DNA of 64,000 nt from an uncultured Actinomycetota bacterium. Its GTDB lineage: Bacteria; Actinomycetota; Actinomycetes; Mycobacteriales; QHCD01. The stretch spans positions 734-64,733 of the forward strand of contig CAVZJT010000007.1 of assembly GCA_963775655.1 (NCBI GenBank), written 5' to 3'. The notes below the pieces were generated by a model. The model worked only from the letters and a program-made list of their open reading frames with translations, had not been told where the DNA came from and did no database searches. Every line of letters begins with the position of its first letter. Within the stretch, counting starts at the first letter, position 1. Positions 29,113-38,360 of the stretch are shown here, piece after piece. The position numbers and the translations under genes are program-made.

Positions 29113-30174
29113 ATGACGGTGGACGACGCGCAGCCCGGCGCGCAGATGGGTGCCGACATCCTCGAGCAACCCGGCGTGCTCGGCACCCTGCTCGCCGAAG
29201 GTGCCGAGTCGATCGCGGCCGTGGCGGAGGTCGTCCGCGCCCGGCGGCCCCGGTTCGTGCTGCTGGTGGCCCGCGGCACCTCCGACCACGCGGCGCTCTA
29301 CGCGAAGTATCTCGTCGAGATCCGGCTCGGCCTCCCCGCCGGACTCGCCTCACCGTCGACCATGACCGTCTACGGCGCCCGCCCCGATCTGCGCGACGTG
29401 CTGGTCGTCGCCGTGAGCCAGAGTGGCGGGTCGCCCGACCTCGTCGGGTCGGTGGAGGCCGCCCGGTCCTGCGGTGGGCTGACCGTCGCGGTGACCAACA
29501 ACGCGGCGTCCGCCCTCGCGGCTGCCGCCGAACTGCACATCGACGTCGGCGCGGGGCACGAGCGGGCCGTCGCCGCCACGAAGACCTACACCGCCGAACT
29601 ACTGGCGCTCTACCTGCTGATGGAGGCGGTACGGGTCGGGTCGGTCGACGACGCCGTCGCCACGGCCAAGCCGCTGCCGGCACTCGCGGAGCATCTCATC
29701 AGCGAATCCGCCGATCCCGTCGCCACCCTGGTGCAGCGTTACCGGTTCGCCGAACGGATGGTCACCACCGCGCGTGGCTACGCCTACCCGACCGCCCGGG
29801 AGGCTGCCCTGAAGCTGATGGAGACCTGTTACCTGCCGACCCAGGCGTTTTCCGGCGCCGACCTGCTGCACGGCCCGATGGCGATGGTCGACCGGGAGAT
29901 GCCGGTGCTGGCCGTGGCGCCGCACGGTCAGGGCGGGCAGGCCCTGCGCCCGGTGCTCGAGCGGCTGGCCGAGGGCGGCGCCGACCTGCTTGTCATCGGC
30001 GACCCGGCGGCGGTGCCGCACGCCGCACACCTGCCGTTGCCCACCGTCGCGGAGGAACTCTCGCCGGTGCTGGAGATCCTTCCGCTGCAGCTGTTGGCCC
30101 GTGACCTCGCAGTGGCCCGCGGCGGTAATCCGGATGCGCCGCGCGGCCTGTCGAAGATCACCGAGACCTGGTGA
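29113..30174 (+). CDS. SIS-domain sugar-phosphate isomerase/deaminase (GlmS C-terminal-like)
   Basis: Two SIS modules (LVARGTSDHAALYAKYL...AVSQSGGSPD; ATKTYTAELLAL). Translationally coupled to murQ. Confidence 0.75.
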   Translation: MTVDDAQPGAQMGADILEQPGVLGTLLAEGAESIAAVAEVVRARRPRFVLLVARGTSDHAALYAKYLVEIRLGLPAGLASPSTMTVYGARPDLRDVLVVAVSQSGGSPDLVGSVEAARSCGGLTVAVTNNAASALAAAAELHIDVGAGHERAVAATKTYTAELLALYLLMEAVRVGSVDDAVATAKPLPALAEHLISESADPVATLVQRYRFAERMVTTARGYAYPTAREAALKLMETCYLPTQAFSGADLLHGPMAMVDREMPVLAVAPHGQGGQALRPVLERLAEGGADLLVIGDPAAVPHAAHLPLPTVAEELSPVLEILPLQLLARDLAVARGGNPDAPRGLSKITETW

Positions 30175-31112
30175 CCGGCGTGGACCTGGGTCGGTCTGCG
30201 GGCGGAGCGGCCGACGGCCTGGGTGGACTCACCACCGAGGGTCGCCGGCCGGATCTGGCCGACCTCGACCTGCGGTCCACCGCCGACCTCGTGGCCCTGA
30301 TGGCCGCGGAGGACGCGACGGTCCCGCTCGCCGTCGCCACCGCCGCGGCGCAGATCGCGGCGGTGGTCGACGCCGTGGCCGAGCGGATGCGTGCCGGCGG
30401 GCGGCTGATCTACGTCGGCGCGGGCAGTGCGGGGCGGATCGGACAGATGGACGCCGCCGAGATCGTGCCGACGTTCGGGGTCGACCCGGCCCGGGTGATC
30501 GGACTGCTGGCCGGTGGGCGGGATGCGGCGACGACCGCCCAGGAGAACGTCGAGGACGACGCGGCCGCCGGCGCGGCCGCGGTGGAGGCTCTGGCGGTGA
30601 CCGCCGCGGACAGCGTGATCGGTGTGGCGGCGAGCGGTCGGACGCCCTACACGCTCGGCGCCCTGCAGTCGGCCCGGCGCGCGGGGGCGTTCACCGCGGC
30701 GCTGGTCTGCAACCACGGCTCGCCGATGGCCGAGGCGGCCGAGGTGGCCCTCGAAGTCGTGGTCGGTGCCGAGGTGATCGCCGGCTCCACCCGGCTCAAG
30801 GCCGGTACCGCGCAGAAGCTCGTGCTGAACACGATCTCGACGCTGGTCATGGTGCGCCTGGGCAAGACCTACGGCGACCTGATGGTCGACGTCCGGCCCA
30901 CGAACGAGAAGCTGCGCGCCCGCGCACGGCGGATCGTGGCCCAGGCAGCCGGGTGCGACGAGCAGGTCGCGGCCGCCGCCCTGGACGACGCCGGCGGGCG
31001 GACCCGGGTGGCGATCGTGCACCTGCTCACCGGCGTGCCGATCGCGGCGGCGGCGGAGTTGACCGACTCCCACGACAGCCTGCGGGCCGCGGTCCAGGCC
31101 GGCCGGGTCTGA
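30171..31112 (+). CDS. murQ: N-acetylmuramic acid 6-phosphate etherase
   Basis: GRLIYVGAGSAGRIG, ASGRTPY and STRLKAGTAQKLVLNTIST are the MurQ signature stretches. GTG 30171 overlaps the upstream stop. Confidence 0.85.
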   Translation: MTGVDLGRSAGGAADGLGGLTTEGRRPDLADLDLRSTADLVALMAAEDATVPLAVATAAAQIAAVVDAVAERMRAGGRLIYVGAGSAGRIGQMDAAEIVPTFGVDPARVIGLLAGGRDAATTAQENVEDDAAAGAAAVEALAVTAADSVIGVAASGRTPYTLGALQSARRAGAFTAALVCNHGSPMAEAAEVALEVVVGAEVIAGSTRLKAGTAQKLVLNTISTLVMVRLGKTYGDLMVDVRPTNEKLRARARRIVAQAAGCDEQVAAAALDDAGGRTRVAIVHLLTGVPIAAAAELTDSHDSLRAAVQAGRV

Positions 31113-31126
31113 AAGGGCGACCCGCC

Positions 31127-32431
31127 CTACCGCACGATCTCACGGATCGCCCGGTCGACGACCGCCACCAGTTCGGTCACGTCGTCGGTCCCCATGGCGA
31201 GCGGCGGCATCAGGACGACCACGTCGCCCAGCGGCCGCACGATCACGCCGAGCTCCCGGGCCCGCCGGCACACCGCGTCGCCCGTGCGTTCGCCGACGCT
31301 GTGCACCTCGATCCCCGTCATCGTGCCGATCCGGCGGATCTCGCTCACGCCGTCGTAGGCCGCGAGCGGCTGCAGCAGCGTGCCCAGCCGGCGGCCGAGC
31401 GACTCGGCCGCGGCCACCGTGTCGCGCTCCCGCATCAGCCTGAGGTTGGCGATCGCCGCCGCGGCGCACAACGGGTTGGCGGTGTAGGTGTGCCCGTGGA
31501 AGAACGTCTTGTCGGAGGCGCCGAGAAAGGCGTCGTAGACCGACTCGCGGGCCAGGACGGCGGACAGCGGCAGGTAGCCGCCGGTCACCCGCTTGCCGCA
31601 GGTGAGCAGGTCCGGGCTGACGTCGGCGTGGTCGACCGCCCACCACCGACCGGTGGCGCCGATGCCGGTGGCGATTTCGTCGGCCACCATGGCCGCGCCG
31701 TAGCGGTCGCAGAGCCGTCGTACGCCGCGCAGGAATTCCGCGTCGTGGGTGAGCATGCCGCCGGCCGCCTGCACCATCGGCTCGACGACCACCGCGCAGA
31801 CGCGGTCGCCGTCGCGGGCCATCAGGGCGGCCAGTTCGTCGACCACCTCGGTGGCGCGGTCGGTCGCCGCCTGCCCGGGCTTGCGGACGCCCGGCGAGGA
31901 CACCATCCGGGTGTCGAGCAGGATCGGCCGATATGCCGCGTGGAACGTCGCGATCCCGCCGACGCTGACCGCGCCGAGGGTGTCGCCGTGGTAGCCCTCG
32001 GCCACGTGCACGAAGAGCGGGCGGACCTCGCCGCGCTGGTCGGCCGCTTGGAACGCCATCTTGATCGCGGCCTCGACCGCCGAGGCGCCGTCCCCGGCGT
32101 AGAACACCCGGGACAGCCCGGCCGGGGCGACCGAGAGCAACTCCTCGGCCAGCTCGACACCGGGCCGGTGGCTCAGCCCGAGAAACGTGGAGTGGTCCAG
32201 GCGGTCGAGCTGGGCCCGGATCGCGGCATCGATGGCGGGCTCGCGGTGTCCGTGCACCGTCACCCACAGCGAGCTGACTCCGTCGAGGTAGCGCCGGCCG
32301 CGATCGTCGACCAGGTGCATCCCGTCGGCGGACTCGATGACGAGCGGATCGTCGTCGGGCCACCGGCTGTGCTGGGTGAACGGGTGCCAGACCGAGCGCA
32401 GGTCCCGGTCGACCCAGTCGGAGGAGCTCAT
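31127..32431 (-). CDS. bioA: Adenosylmethionine-8-amino-7-oxononanoate aminotransferase
   Basis: Intact 434-aa class-III aminotransferase. The BioA-type N-terminus VWHPFTQH, plus DEIATG and the LTCGKRVTGG lysine region, are present. Confidence 0.9.
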   Translation of the reverse strand: MSSSDWVDRDLRSVWHPFTQHSRWPDDDPLVIESADGMHLVDDRGRRYLDGVSSLWVTVHGHREPAIDAAIRAQLDRLDHSTFLGLSHRPGVELAEELLSVAPAGLSRVFYAGDGASAVEAAIKMAFQAADQRGEVRPLFVHVAEGYHGDTLGAVSVGGIATFHAAYRPILLDTRMVSSPGVRKPGQAATDRATEVVDELAALMARDGDRVCAVVVEPMVQAAGGMLTHDAEFLRGVRRLCDRYGAAMVADEIATGIGATGRWWAVDHADVSPDLLTCGKRVTGGYLPLSAVLARESVYDAFLGASDKTFFHGHTYTANPLCAAAAIANLRLMRERDTVAAAESLGRRLGTLLQPLAAYDGVSEIRRIGTMTGIEVHSVGERTGDAVCRRARELGVIVRPLGDVVVLMPPLAMGTDDVTELVAVVDRAIREIVR

Positions 32432-32457
32432 GGTCCGCAGTCTGGCACGCTGGCCAC

Positions 32458-33933
32458 GTGTCGATCCTGTCCGACCTCCTCGCCGACAACACCACGTTGG
32501 AGCCGGCCGGGGTCGACCACCTGCAGTGGCTGGTGACCGAGTGGCAGCTTCTGGCCGACCTCTCCTTCGCCGACCTGCTGCTGTGGGTGCCGACCACGCG
32601 CGGTGACCTGCTGTGCGTCGCCCAGGTGCGTCCGACGACCGGGCCGACGACCTACCAGGAGGACCAGGTCGGACGCCGCCAGCCGGTCGACGCGGCCTTC
32701 CAGCTCGCGGTGGCGTTGCGGGAGCGGCGGATCTGCCGGGAGGCCGACCCGGACTGGGACGGTGATCTGCCGGTACGCCGGGAAGGGATCCCGGTCCGCA
32801 AGGGTGAGCAGGTCATCGCCGTTCTCTCGCGGGACACCAACCTCGCCGCCGCACGGTCCCCGAGCGCGCTCGAACTCGCCTACCTGCAGGCGGCCGGCGA
32901 GTTGTGCCAGATGGTCGCGGAAGGGACCTTCCCGACCGCCGGCGACGACCCCGAGGCGCACGTCGGGCCGCGTGCCGGCGACGGGCTGCTCCGGGTCGAC
33001 GCCATGGGCGTGGTCGTCTACGCCAGCCCCAACGCCCTGTCGGCGTACCGGCGGCTCGGGGTCGCGGGCGACGTCCGGGGAACGGAGCTCGGCCCGCTGA
33101 CCCGCTCGCTGGCCACCGACCCGTTCGACGGCGAGGAGGTCGCCAACCGGATCCGGGCGGCGGTGGCCGGCCAGCGTCCGGAGCGGATGGAGGTCGACGC
33201 CGGGGGCGCGACGGTCCTGGTCCGGGCGCTGCCGCTCCGGCCGGGCGGCGCGGCCCGCGGTGCCCTGGTCCTGATCCGCGACGTCACCGAGGTACGCCGC
33301 CGGGACCGGCAGCTGATGACCAAGGACGCGACCATCCGGGAGATCCACCACCGGGTGAAGAACAACCTGCAGACCGTCGCCGCCCTGCTGCGCCTGCAGG
33401 CCCGGCGGGTCGATCTCCCGCAGGCCCGGCTGGCGCTTCAGGAGTCGGTACGCCGGGTGAGCTCCATCGCCCTGGTCCACGAGACTCTCGCGCTCTCCCT
33501 CGACGAGCGGGTCGATTTCGACGAGGTCGTCGACCGGCTCCTGGGAATGGTGGCCGAGGTGGCGGCGCCCGAGTCGCGGGTCCGGCTCCGCCGGGAGGGT
33601 GACTTCGGCGAGCTGCTCGCGGAGGTCGCCACCCCGTTGGTGATGGTGCTCACAGAACTCATGCAGAACGCGGTCGAGCACGCCTTCGCCGGGGTGCCCC
33701 AGGGTGCCGTGGTGGTGGTCGCGGAGCGGTCCGCCCGGGCGCTCTCGGTGTGCGTCTGGGACGACGGCGCCGGGCTGCCACCCGGTTTCCGGCTCGAGGA
33801 CAGCGACCGGCTGGGCCTGCGGATCGCCCGGACGCTGGTCGACTCCGAACTGCGGGGGACCATCGACGTCGGGCCGCGCCTGCCGCACGGCACGCAGGCC
33901 CGGCTGCAGATTCCGCTGGCCCACCGGGGATGA
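32458..33933 (+). CDS. pdtaS: Cytoplasmic sensor histidine kinase PdtaS-like (GAF/PAS + HisKA_2)
   Basis: H-box IREIHHRVKNNLQTVAALLRLQ and ATPase motifs ELMQNAVEHAF and DDGAGLP. No TM segments. It neighbours whiB1, as in mycobacteria. Confidence 0.8.
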   Translation: MSILSDLLADNTTLEPAGVDHLQWLVTEWQLLADLSFADLLLWVPTTRGDLLCVAQVRPTTGPTTYQEDQVGRRQPVDAAFQLAVALRERRICREADPDWDGDLPVRREGIPVRKGEQVIAVLSRDTNLAAARSPSALELAYLQAAGELCQMVAEGTFPTAGDDPEAHVGPRAGDGLLRVDAMGVVVYASPNALSAYRRLGVAGDVRGTELGPLTRSLATDPFDGEEVANRIRAAVAGQRPERMEVDAGGATVLVRALPLRPGGAARGALVLIRDVTEVRRRDRQLMTKDATIREIHHRVKNNLQTVAALLRLQARRVDLPQARLALQESVRRVSSIALVHETLALSLDERVDFDEVVDRLLGMVAEVAAPESRVRLRREGDFGELLAEVATPLVMVLTELMQNAVEHAFAGVPQGAVVVVAERSARALSVCVWDDGAGLPPGFRLEDSDRLGLRIARTLVDSELRGTIDVGPRLPHGTQARLQIPLAHRG

Positions 33934-33952
33934 ACCACCTGCCCGGACACAG

Positions 33953-33986
33953 CAGTGGCCCGACACCGCGAGGTGTCGGGCCACTG
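33953..33986. terminator. Strong stem-loop between convergent pdtaS and whiB1 (bidirectional terminator candidate)
   Basis: CAGTGGCCCGACACC-GCGA-GGTGTCGGGCCACTG is a perfect 15-bp stem with a 4-nt loop. There is no T-tract. Confidence 0.6.
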
Positions 33987-34060
33987 TGACGACGGCATAG
34001 CCGATCGCCTGCCCGTGCAGTGGCGCGGGCCGAAGCCACACGCCGTGCCGTGAGGGCAGG

Positions 34061-34312
34061 TCAGGCCATGCGGGCGCGGGCGCGGGCCCGCCTCCGCTTG
34101 AGGGCGCGACGCTCGTCTTCGCTCATTGCGCCCCAGACGCCGGCGTCCTGGCCGCTCTCCAACGCCCACGACAAACACTCGTCGGTGACGGGGCAGCGAC
34201 GGCAGACCGCCTTCGCCTCTTCTACCTGCAGCAATGCTGGACCGGTGTTGCCGATCGGGAAGAACAGTTCAGGGTCTTCGTCACGACACAGCGCGCGGTG
34301 GCGCCAATCCAT
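34061..34312 (-). CDS. whiB1: WhiB-family [4Fe-4S] transcription factor, WhiB1/WblE type
   Basis: MDWRHRALCRDEDPELFFPIGNTGPALLQVEEAKAVCRRCPVTDECLSWALESGQDAGVWG carries four Cys, followed by a basic tail. 83 aa. Confidence 0.95.
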   Translation of the reverse strand: MDWRHRALCRDEDPELFFPIGNTGPALLQVEEAKAVCRRCPVTDECLSWALESGQDAGVWGAMSEDERRALKRRRARARARMA

Positions 34313-34414
34313 GCTTGCCTCCTCATCAGGTCTCTTACGCGTCAGTGGGGGATATCGCTCAGTGGTCTGGTGGTTCCGGATTTCGTGTTCAGGGGGCGTG
34401 GTGCGGCCCCCGCT

Positions 34415-34430
34415 TGTGAATACTTTCACG
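34415..34430. promoter_or_regulatory. Candidate CRP/FNR-family (Crp) binding site upstream of whiB1
   Basis: TGTGA-ATACTT-TCACG lies ~105 nt upstream of the whiB1 ATG. A TTGACA hexamer sits on the whiB1 strand at 34447-34442. Confidence 0.5.
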
Positions 34431-34551
34431 AGCAGCGCCGGTGTCAAGTGCTGAACCAGCTCAATCTGAATCGTGTAAGCCGGGTCACTCTCGCGTGCGG
34501 CGCTCTGGCCCACCCTGGCAGCAGTTTGTGCAGCCCGCAACCGGTGCCGGC

Positions 34552-35475
34552 TCAGGCGACCACACGCAGGGCGTCGGGGACCGCGGTGAACCGCACCGAG
34601 CGCCGCTGGCCGACGAAGTCGCCGTCCACCTGGAGCCCGACCGGCTCGTCGGCGGTGAGCGTGAGGTCGACCGCGTCGTGCAGGCGCAGTTGATGCCGAC
34701 CTCGGGGCCGGGGGTGACGGCGGAGGGCCTGGTAGGCGACCCGCAGCACCCGCACGGTGTGCATCGAGCGCATCGCAAACAGGTCGAGCCCGCCGTCGAA
34801 GGACGCGCCGGGCGTCGGATTCACCGGGCGATTGCCCAGATATGTCCACGGTGAGGTGTTCGACACGATGGCGAAGAACAGCGCGTCGATGGGGTCGTCC
34901 CCGGGCCGGTGCAGGGTCAGCCGGGGATGCCGCCGGTCCGCGCCGAGGAAGAACTCGCCGACGGCGGACCGGACGTACAGCCCCGGGGAGGCGCCGCGAC
35001 CCGCCCGCCGGTGCCGCTCCACCCGGGCGATCACCTCGGCGTCGAAGCCGAACCCGGCGTTGAAGGTGAACCACCGGTCGTCGGCCCGCCCGAGCCCGAC
35101 CCGGCGCGATCGGCCGGCGCGCAGGGCGTCGAGGATCGCGCTCGTCGCCTCGATCGGGTCGCGGGGAGCGCCGAGGGCGCGGGAGAAGACGTTGGCCGAC
35201 CCGCCGGGCACCACGGCGAGCGCCGGCACCTGCGGGCAGACGCCGTTCGCCAGCAGCCCGTTGACCACCTCGTTGACGGTGCCGTCACCGCCGAGGGCCA
35301 CGACCAGATCCACCTTGTCCGACGTGGCCTGGCGGGCCAGCGCGATCGCGTGGCCCCGGCCGAGCGTCTGCGCGACATCGACCCTGACCTCGGACCCGAG
35401 CGCCCGGGCCAGGATGTCGCGTCCGCGCCGCGTCGTCGCCGTGGCCTGCGGGTTCACCACGAGCAGCGCGCGCAT
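34552..35475 (-). CDS. Diacylglycerol/lipid kinase family protein
   Basis: MRALLVVNPQA...ALGGDGTVNEVVNGL and VVPGGSANVF are DAGK catalytic-domain motifs. Confidence 0.85.
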   Translation of the reverse strand: MRALLVVNPQATATTRRGRDILARALGSEVRVDVAQTLGRGHAIALARQATSDKVDLVVALGGDGTVNEVVNGLLANGVCPQVPALAVVPGGSANVFSRALGAPRDPIEATSAILDALRAGRSRRVGLGRADDRWFTFNAGFGFDAEVIARVERHRRAGRGASPGLYVRSAVGEFFLGADRRHPRLTLHRPGDDPIDALFFAIVSNTSPWTYLGNRPVNPTPGASFDGGLDLFAMRSMHTVRVLRVAYQALRRHPRPRGRHQLRLHDAVDLTLTADEPVGLQVDGDFVGQRRSVRFTAVPDALRVVA

Positions 35476-35509
35476 GAACCGGAGCGTACCGGCCGGTAGC
35501 ATCGCGCCC

Positions 35510-35914
35510 GTGCCAGAGCCCGATGCCCAAGGTGGCCCGCCGGTGCCGCGGGTCGTGACCGCGGCGGCCGTGCTCGCCGGCGTCCAAGGGCTCGCTCTGG
35601 TGGCGATCGCGATCCTGCTGATCGTCGACACGATCGTCGGGAGCCCGCACAGCCTCTTCGGGGGGTTGGGGGGTGCGGTGCTCGCCCTGATCGCCGCCGC
35701 CGTCCTCCTCGTCCTGGGTTGGTACCTGGCCCGGCTGCGTCGATGGGCGCGGTCGCCGATCGTGGTGCTGCAGGTGTTGTGGCTTCCGGTCAGCGTCAGC
35801 CTGGCGTTCCAGGCGGGCCGGCCGGGGTACGGCGGCCCCATCCTCGTGTCGGCGATCGCTGTCCTGCTGCTGCTCGCCACCCCGGAGGCGCGGGCGGCGT
35901 TCGACCCGCAATGA
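35510..35914 (+). CDS. Hypothetical integral membrane protein (four predicted TM segments)
   Basis: GTG 35510 is in frame with the tail of ORF 34757-35914. The sequence is hydrophobic and protein-like (VLAGVQGLALVAIAILLIVD...VVLQVLWLPVSVSLAF). Confidence 0.55.
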   Translation: MPEPDAQGGPPVPRVVTAAAVLAGVQGLALVAIAILLIVDTIVGSPHSLFGGLGGAVLALIAAAVLLVLGWYLARLRRWARSPIVVLQVLWLPVSVSLAFQAGRPGYGGPILVSAIAVLLLLATPEARAAFDPQ

Positions 35915-35938
35915 CCAGCCGACAGTGACCCGCGGCGG

Positions 35939-36730
35939 TTAGTCCTCGCGCAGCAGCGATTCGCGCAGCGTCGCCAGGGTGCGGGAGAGCAGCCGCGAGA
36001 CGTGCATCTGGGAGATGCCGAGCTCGGCGGCGATCTGGGACTGCGTCATGTTCTGGAAGAAGCGCAGGGCGAGCAGCCGCTTCTCCCGGTCCGGCAGCGT
36101 GTCGAGCAGCGGTTTGAGCGACTCACGGTTCTCCACCCCGGTGAGCGCCTCATCCTCGACGCCGAGGGTGTCGGCGACGCTCGGGACGTCCTCGCTGGAC
36201 GAGGTGTCCAGCGACATGGCGGCGTAGGCGTTGGCCGACTCGAGCCCGTCGAGGACCTCCTCCTCGTCGACCCGCAGCCGGACCGCCAGTTCCCGGACGG
36301 TCGGGGACCGACCCAGGTCCTGGGTGAGGTCGGCGGTGGCGGCGGAGATCGCCGCCCGGAGCTCCTGGAGTCGGCGGGGTACCCGGATCGTCCAGCCCTT
36401 GTCGCGGAAATGGCGCTTGATCTCGCCGACCACGGTCGGGGTGGCGTAGGTGGAGAACTCCACCTCGCGGTCCAGGTCGAACCGGTCGACGGCTTTGATC
36501 AACCCGAGCGTTCCGACCTGCACGAGGTCGTCGAGCGGTTCGCCGCGGCCGGCGAACCGGCGGGCCAGGTATTCGACCAGCGGCAGATGCATCTCGACCA
36601 GCTCGTCGCGGTACACCCGATGCTCCGCCGAGTCGTCCGGACTCGATGCCAGGCGGGCGAACAGGTCGCGGGCGTGGTCGCGGTCGTAATTGGATCCGGG
36701 CTCCGTTGCTCCGTTGGGGGAGGCGGTCAC
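35939..36730 (-). CDS. sigF: Group-3 sigma factor, SigF/SigB-like
   Basis: Regions 2-4 are present (LPLVEYLARRFAGRGEPLDDLVQVGTLGLIKAVDRFD...YATPTVVGEIKRHFRDKGW...SQIAAELGISQMHVSRLL). GTG 36730 overlaps the anti-sigma stop. Confidence 0.85.
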   Translation of the reverse strand: MTASPNGATEPGSNYDRDHARDLFARLASSPDDSAEHRVYRDELVEMHLPLVEYLARRFAGRGEPLDDLVQVGTLGLIKAVDRFDLDREVEFSTYATPTVVGEIKRHFRDKGWTIRVPRRLQELRAAISAATADLTQDLGRSPTVRELAVRLRVDEEEVLDGLESANAYAAMSLDTSSSEDVPSVADTLGVEDEALTGVENRESLKPLLDTLPDREKRLLALRFFQNMTQSQIAAELGISQMHVSRLLSRTLATLRESLLRED

Positions 36731-37176
36731 GGTCTCGCGCTGCGTTGCTTGCGGAGAGCGATCGTGACCCGGTCGTCCCGGTCGGTGTTGACCTCGACGT
36801 CGCCGCCGAGGGCAGACAGCACCGTCCACGCGAACGACGACCGGCCGGGCGTCTGCCCGGAGCGCGTCTTGGCGCTCACGGCGACGTGCAGCGTGGCGTC
36901 GTCCAACGTGTAGCGGCAGGCCAGCTCGCTGCCCGGCACGGTGTCGGGCAGGATCAGCGCGCACGCCTCGTCCACGGCGATGCGCAGGTCGTCGATCTCG
37001 TCGAGGGTGAAGTCGAGTCGGGCGGCGAGGCCCGCGGTCGCCGTACGGAGCACGGAGAGGTAGGCGGAGTTGGCCGGCAGCCGGATCTCGACGACGTCCC
37101 CCGTACCCGCTTCGGTGGTCTCGGGCTCTTCGCTCACTGGCTGGTCCTCCCGCATCGGCATGCCGTCATCATCCAT
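36727..37176 (-). CDS. rsbW: Anti-sigma F factor, RsbW/UsfX-like (HATPase-fold)
   Basis: VVEIRLPANSAYLSVLRTATAGLAARLDFTLDEIDDLRIAVDEA lies immediately upstream of, and coupled to, the SigF-like gene. Confidence 0.75.
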   Translation of the reverse strand: MDDDGMPMREDQPVSEEPETTEAGTGDVVEIRLPANSAYLSVLRTATAGLAARLDFTLDEIDDLRIAVDEACALILPDTVPGSELACRYTLDDATLHVAVSAKTRSGQTPGRSSFAWTVLSALGGDVEVNTDRDDRVTIALRKQRSARP

Positions 37177-37206
37177 TGTCTACCGGACCTTCGGTCACCG
37201 AGGCCA

Positions 37207-37686
37207 TCACCGCTCGGCGAGCTCGGCCAGTCGATCTCCGCTGAGCCGCCAGCCGGTCCAGTCGTCCATCGGTTCGGCGGACAGCGAGCGGTAGAAGCGG
37301 TGGGCGTCGACGTTCCAGTCCAGCACGCCCCACTCCAGCCGGGCGTAGCCGGCGGACCGGCAGATCCGGGCGAGCTCGGTGAGCAGGGCACGGCCCAGGC
37401 CGCTGCGCCGGTGCTCGGGGCGGACGTACAGATCCTCGAGGTGGATACCGTGCTCACCCGTCCAGGTCGAGTAGTTGAGGAACCACAGTGCGAACCCGAC
37501 CACCTCGCCGTCGACCTCGCCGACATGACCGAAGAGGGCCGGCTGCTCGCCGAAGAGCGACCGGCTCAGCTGGTCGTCGGTGAGCCGGCACTGCTCGGCC
37601 GCCCGTTCGTAGCGGGCGAGGTCGTGCACCAACGGGACCACCACCGGCACGTCGGCGGGCCGGACCCGTCGTACCGTCACACTCAC
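37207..37686 (-). CDS. GNAT-family N-acetyltransferase
   Basis: 159-aa protein with EDLYVRPEHRRSGLGRALL. GTG 37686 overlaps the upstream stop (GTGA). Confidence 0.8.
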   Translation of the reverse strand: MSVTVRRVRPADVPVVVPLVHDLARYERAAEQCRLTDDQLSRSLFGEQPALFGHVGEVDGEVVGFALWFLNYSTWTGEHGIHLEDLYVRPEHRRSGLGRALLTELARICRSAGYARLEWGVLDWNVDAHRFYRSLSAEPMDDWTGWRLSGDRLAELAER

Positions 37687-38360
37687 GGTGACTCCTCGGC
37701 GGGCGGCGGGACGTTCCAGATGTCGATCGTCGGTGTGTCGTGTTCGGTGCCGAGTGCGCAGAGCGTGGCGGGCTCGAGCAGGAAGTGGGCGCCGGCCGCC
37801 ACCGGGAAACCGAGGTAGCGGGCGGTGAGCACCCGGCCGAAGTGGCCGTGTCCGACGATCGCGACGTCGCCGTCGGCAAGGAACGGACTGACCGACGCGA
37901 GCAGCCGGTCGGCGCGGGCCCCCACCTCGGCGGCGGTCTCCCCGCCGGGCGGATCTCCGGTGAAGATGGTCCAGCCGGGCCGCTCGCTGCGGATCTCCTC
38001 GGTGGTCCGGCCTTCGTCGTCGCCGTAGAACCACTCGGCGGCGTCCGGGTCGACCACCGGGTCGGGCAGGCCGGCCAAGGCGGCCGTCTCGCGCGCCCGT
38101 CGGCGGGGACTGACGACGACCCGGACGATGTGCCGCGACGCCAGCTGACCGGCGAGTCCCCGTGCCTGTTGCGTGCCGCGGGCGGTCAGCGGGACGTCGG
38201 TGACGCTGGTGTGCCGACCCGACGCGCTCCACTCGGTCTCGCCGTGCCGGATGACCAGAAGCTCGCCGACAGGAATCTTGCCGACAGACGACCCGGCCGG
38301 CACCGGGTGTTGCGCGGTGCCGGCCGGGGTCTGCTGCTGCGGATCGTGCGGGTGGGTCAC
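37683..38360 (-). CDS. Histidine phosphatase (phosphoglycerate-mutase-like) family protein
   Basis: Catalytic LVIRHGETEW and GHGHFGRVL motifs. GTG 38360 overlaps the sodN stop (GTGA). Confidence 0.8.
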   Translation of the reverse strand: MTHPHDPQQQTPAGTAQHPVPAGSSVGKIPVGELLVIRHGETEWSASGRHTSVTDVPLTARGTQQARGLAGQLASRHIVRVVVSPRRRARETAALAGLPDPVVDPDAAEWFYGDDEGRTTEEIRSERPGWTIFTGDPPGGETAAEVGARADRLLASVSPFLADGDVAIVGHGHFGRVLTARYLGFPVAAGAHFLLEPATLCALGTEHDTPTIDIWNVPPPAEESP

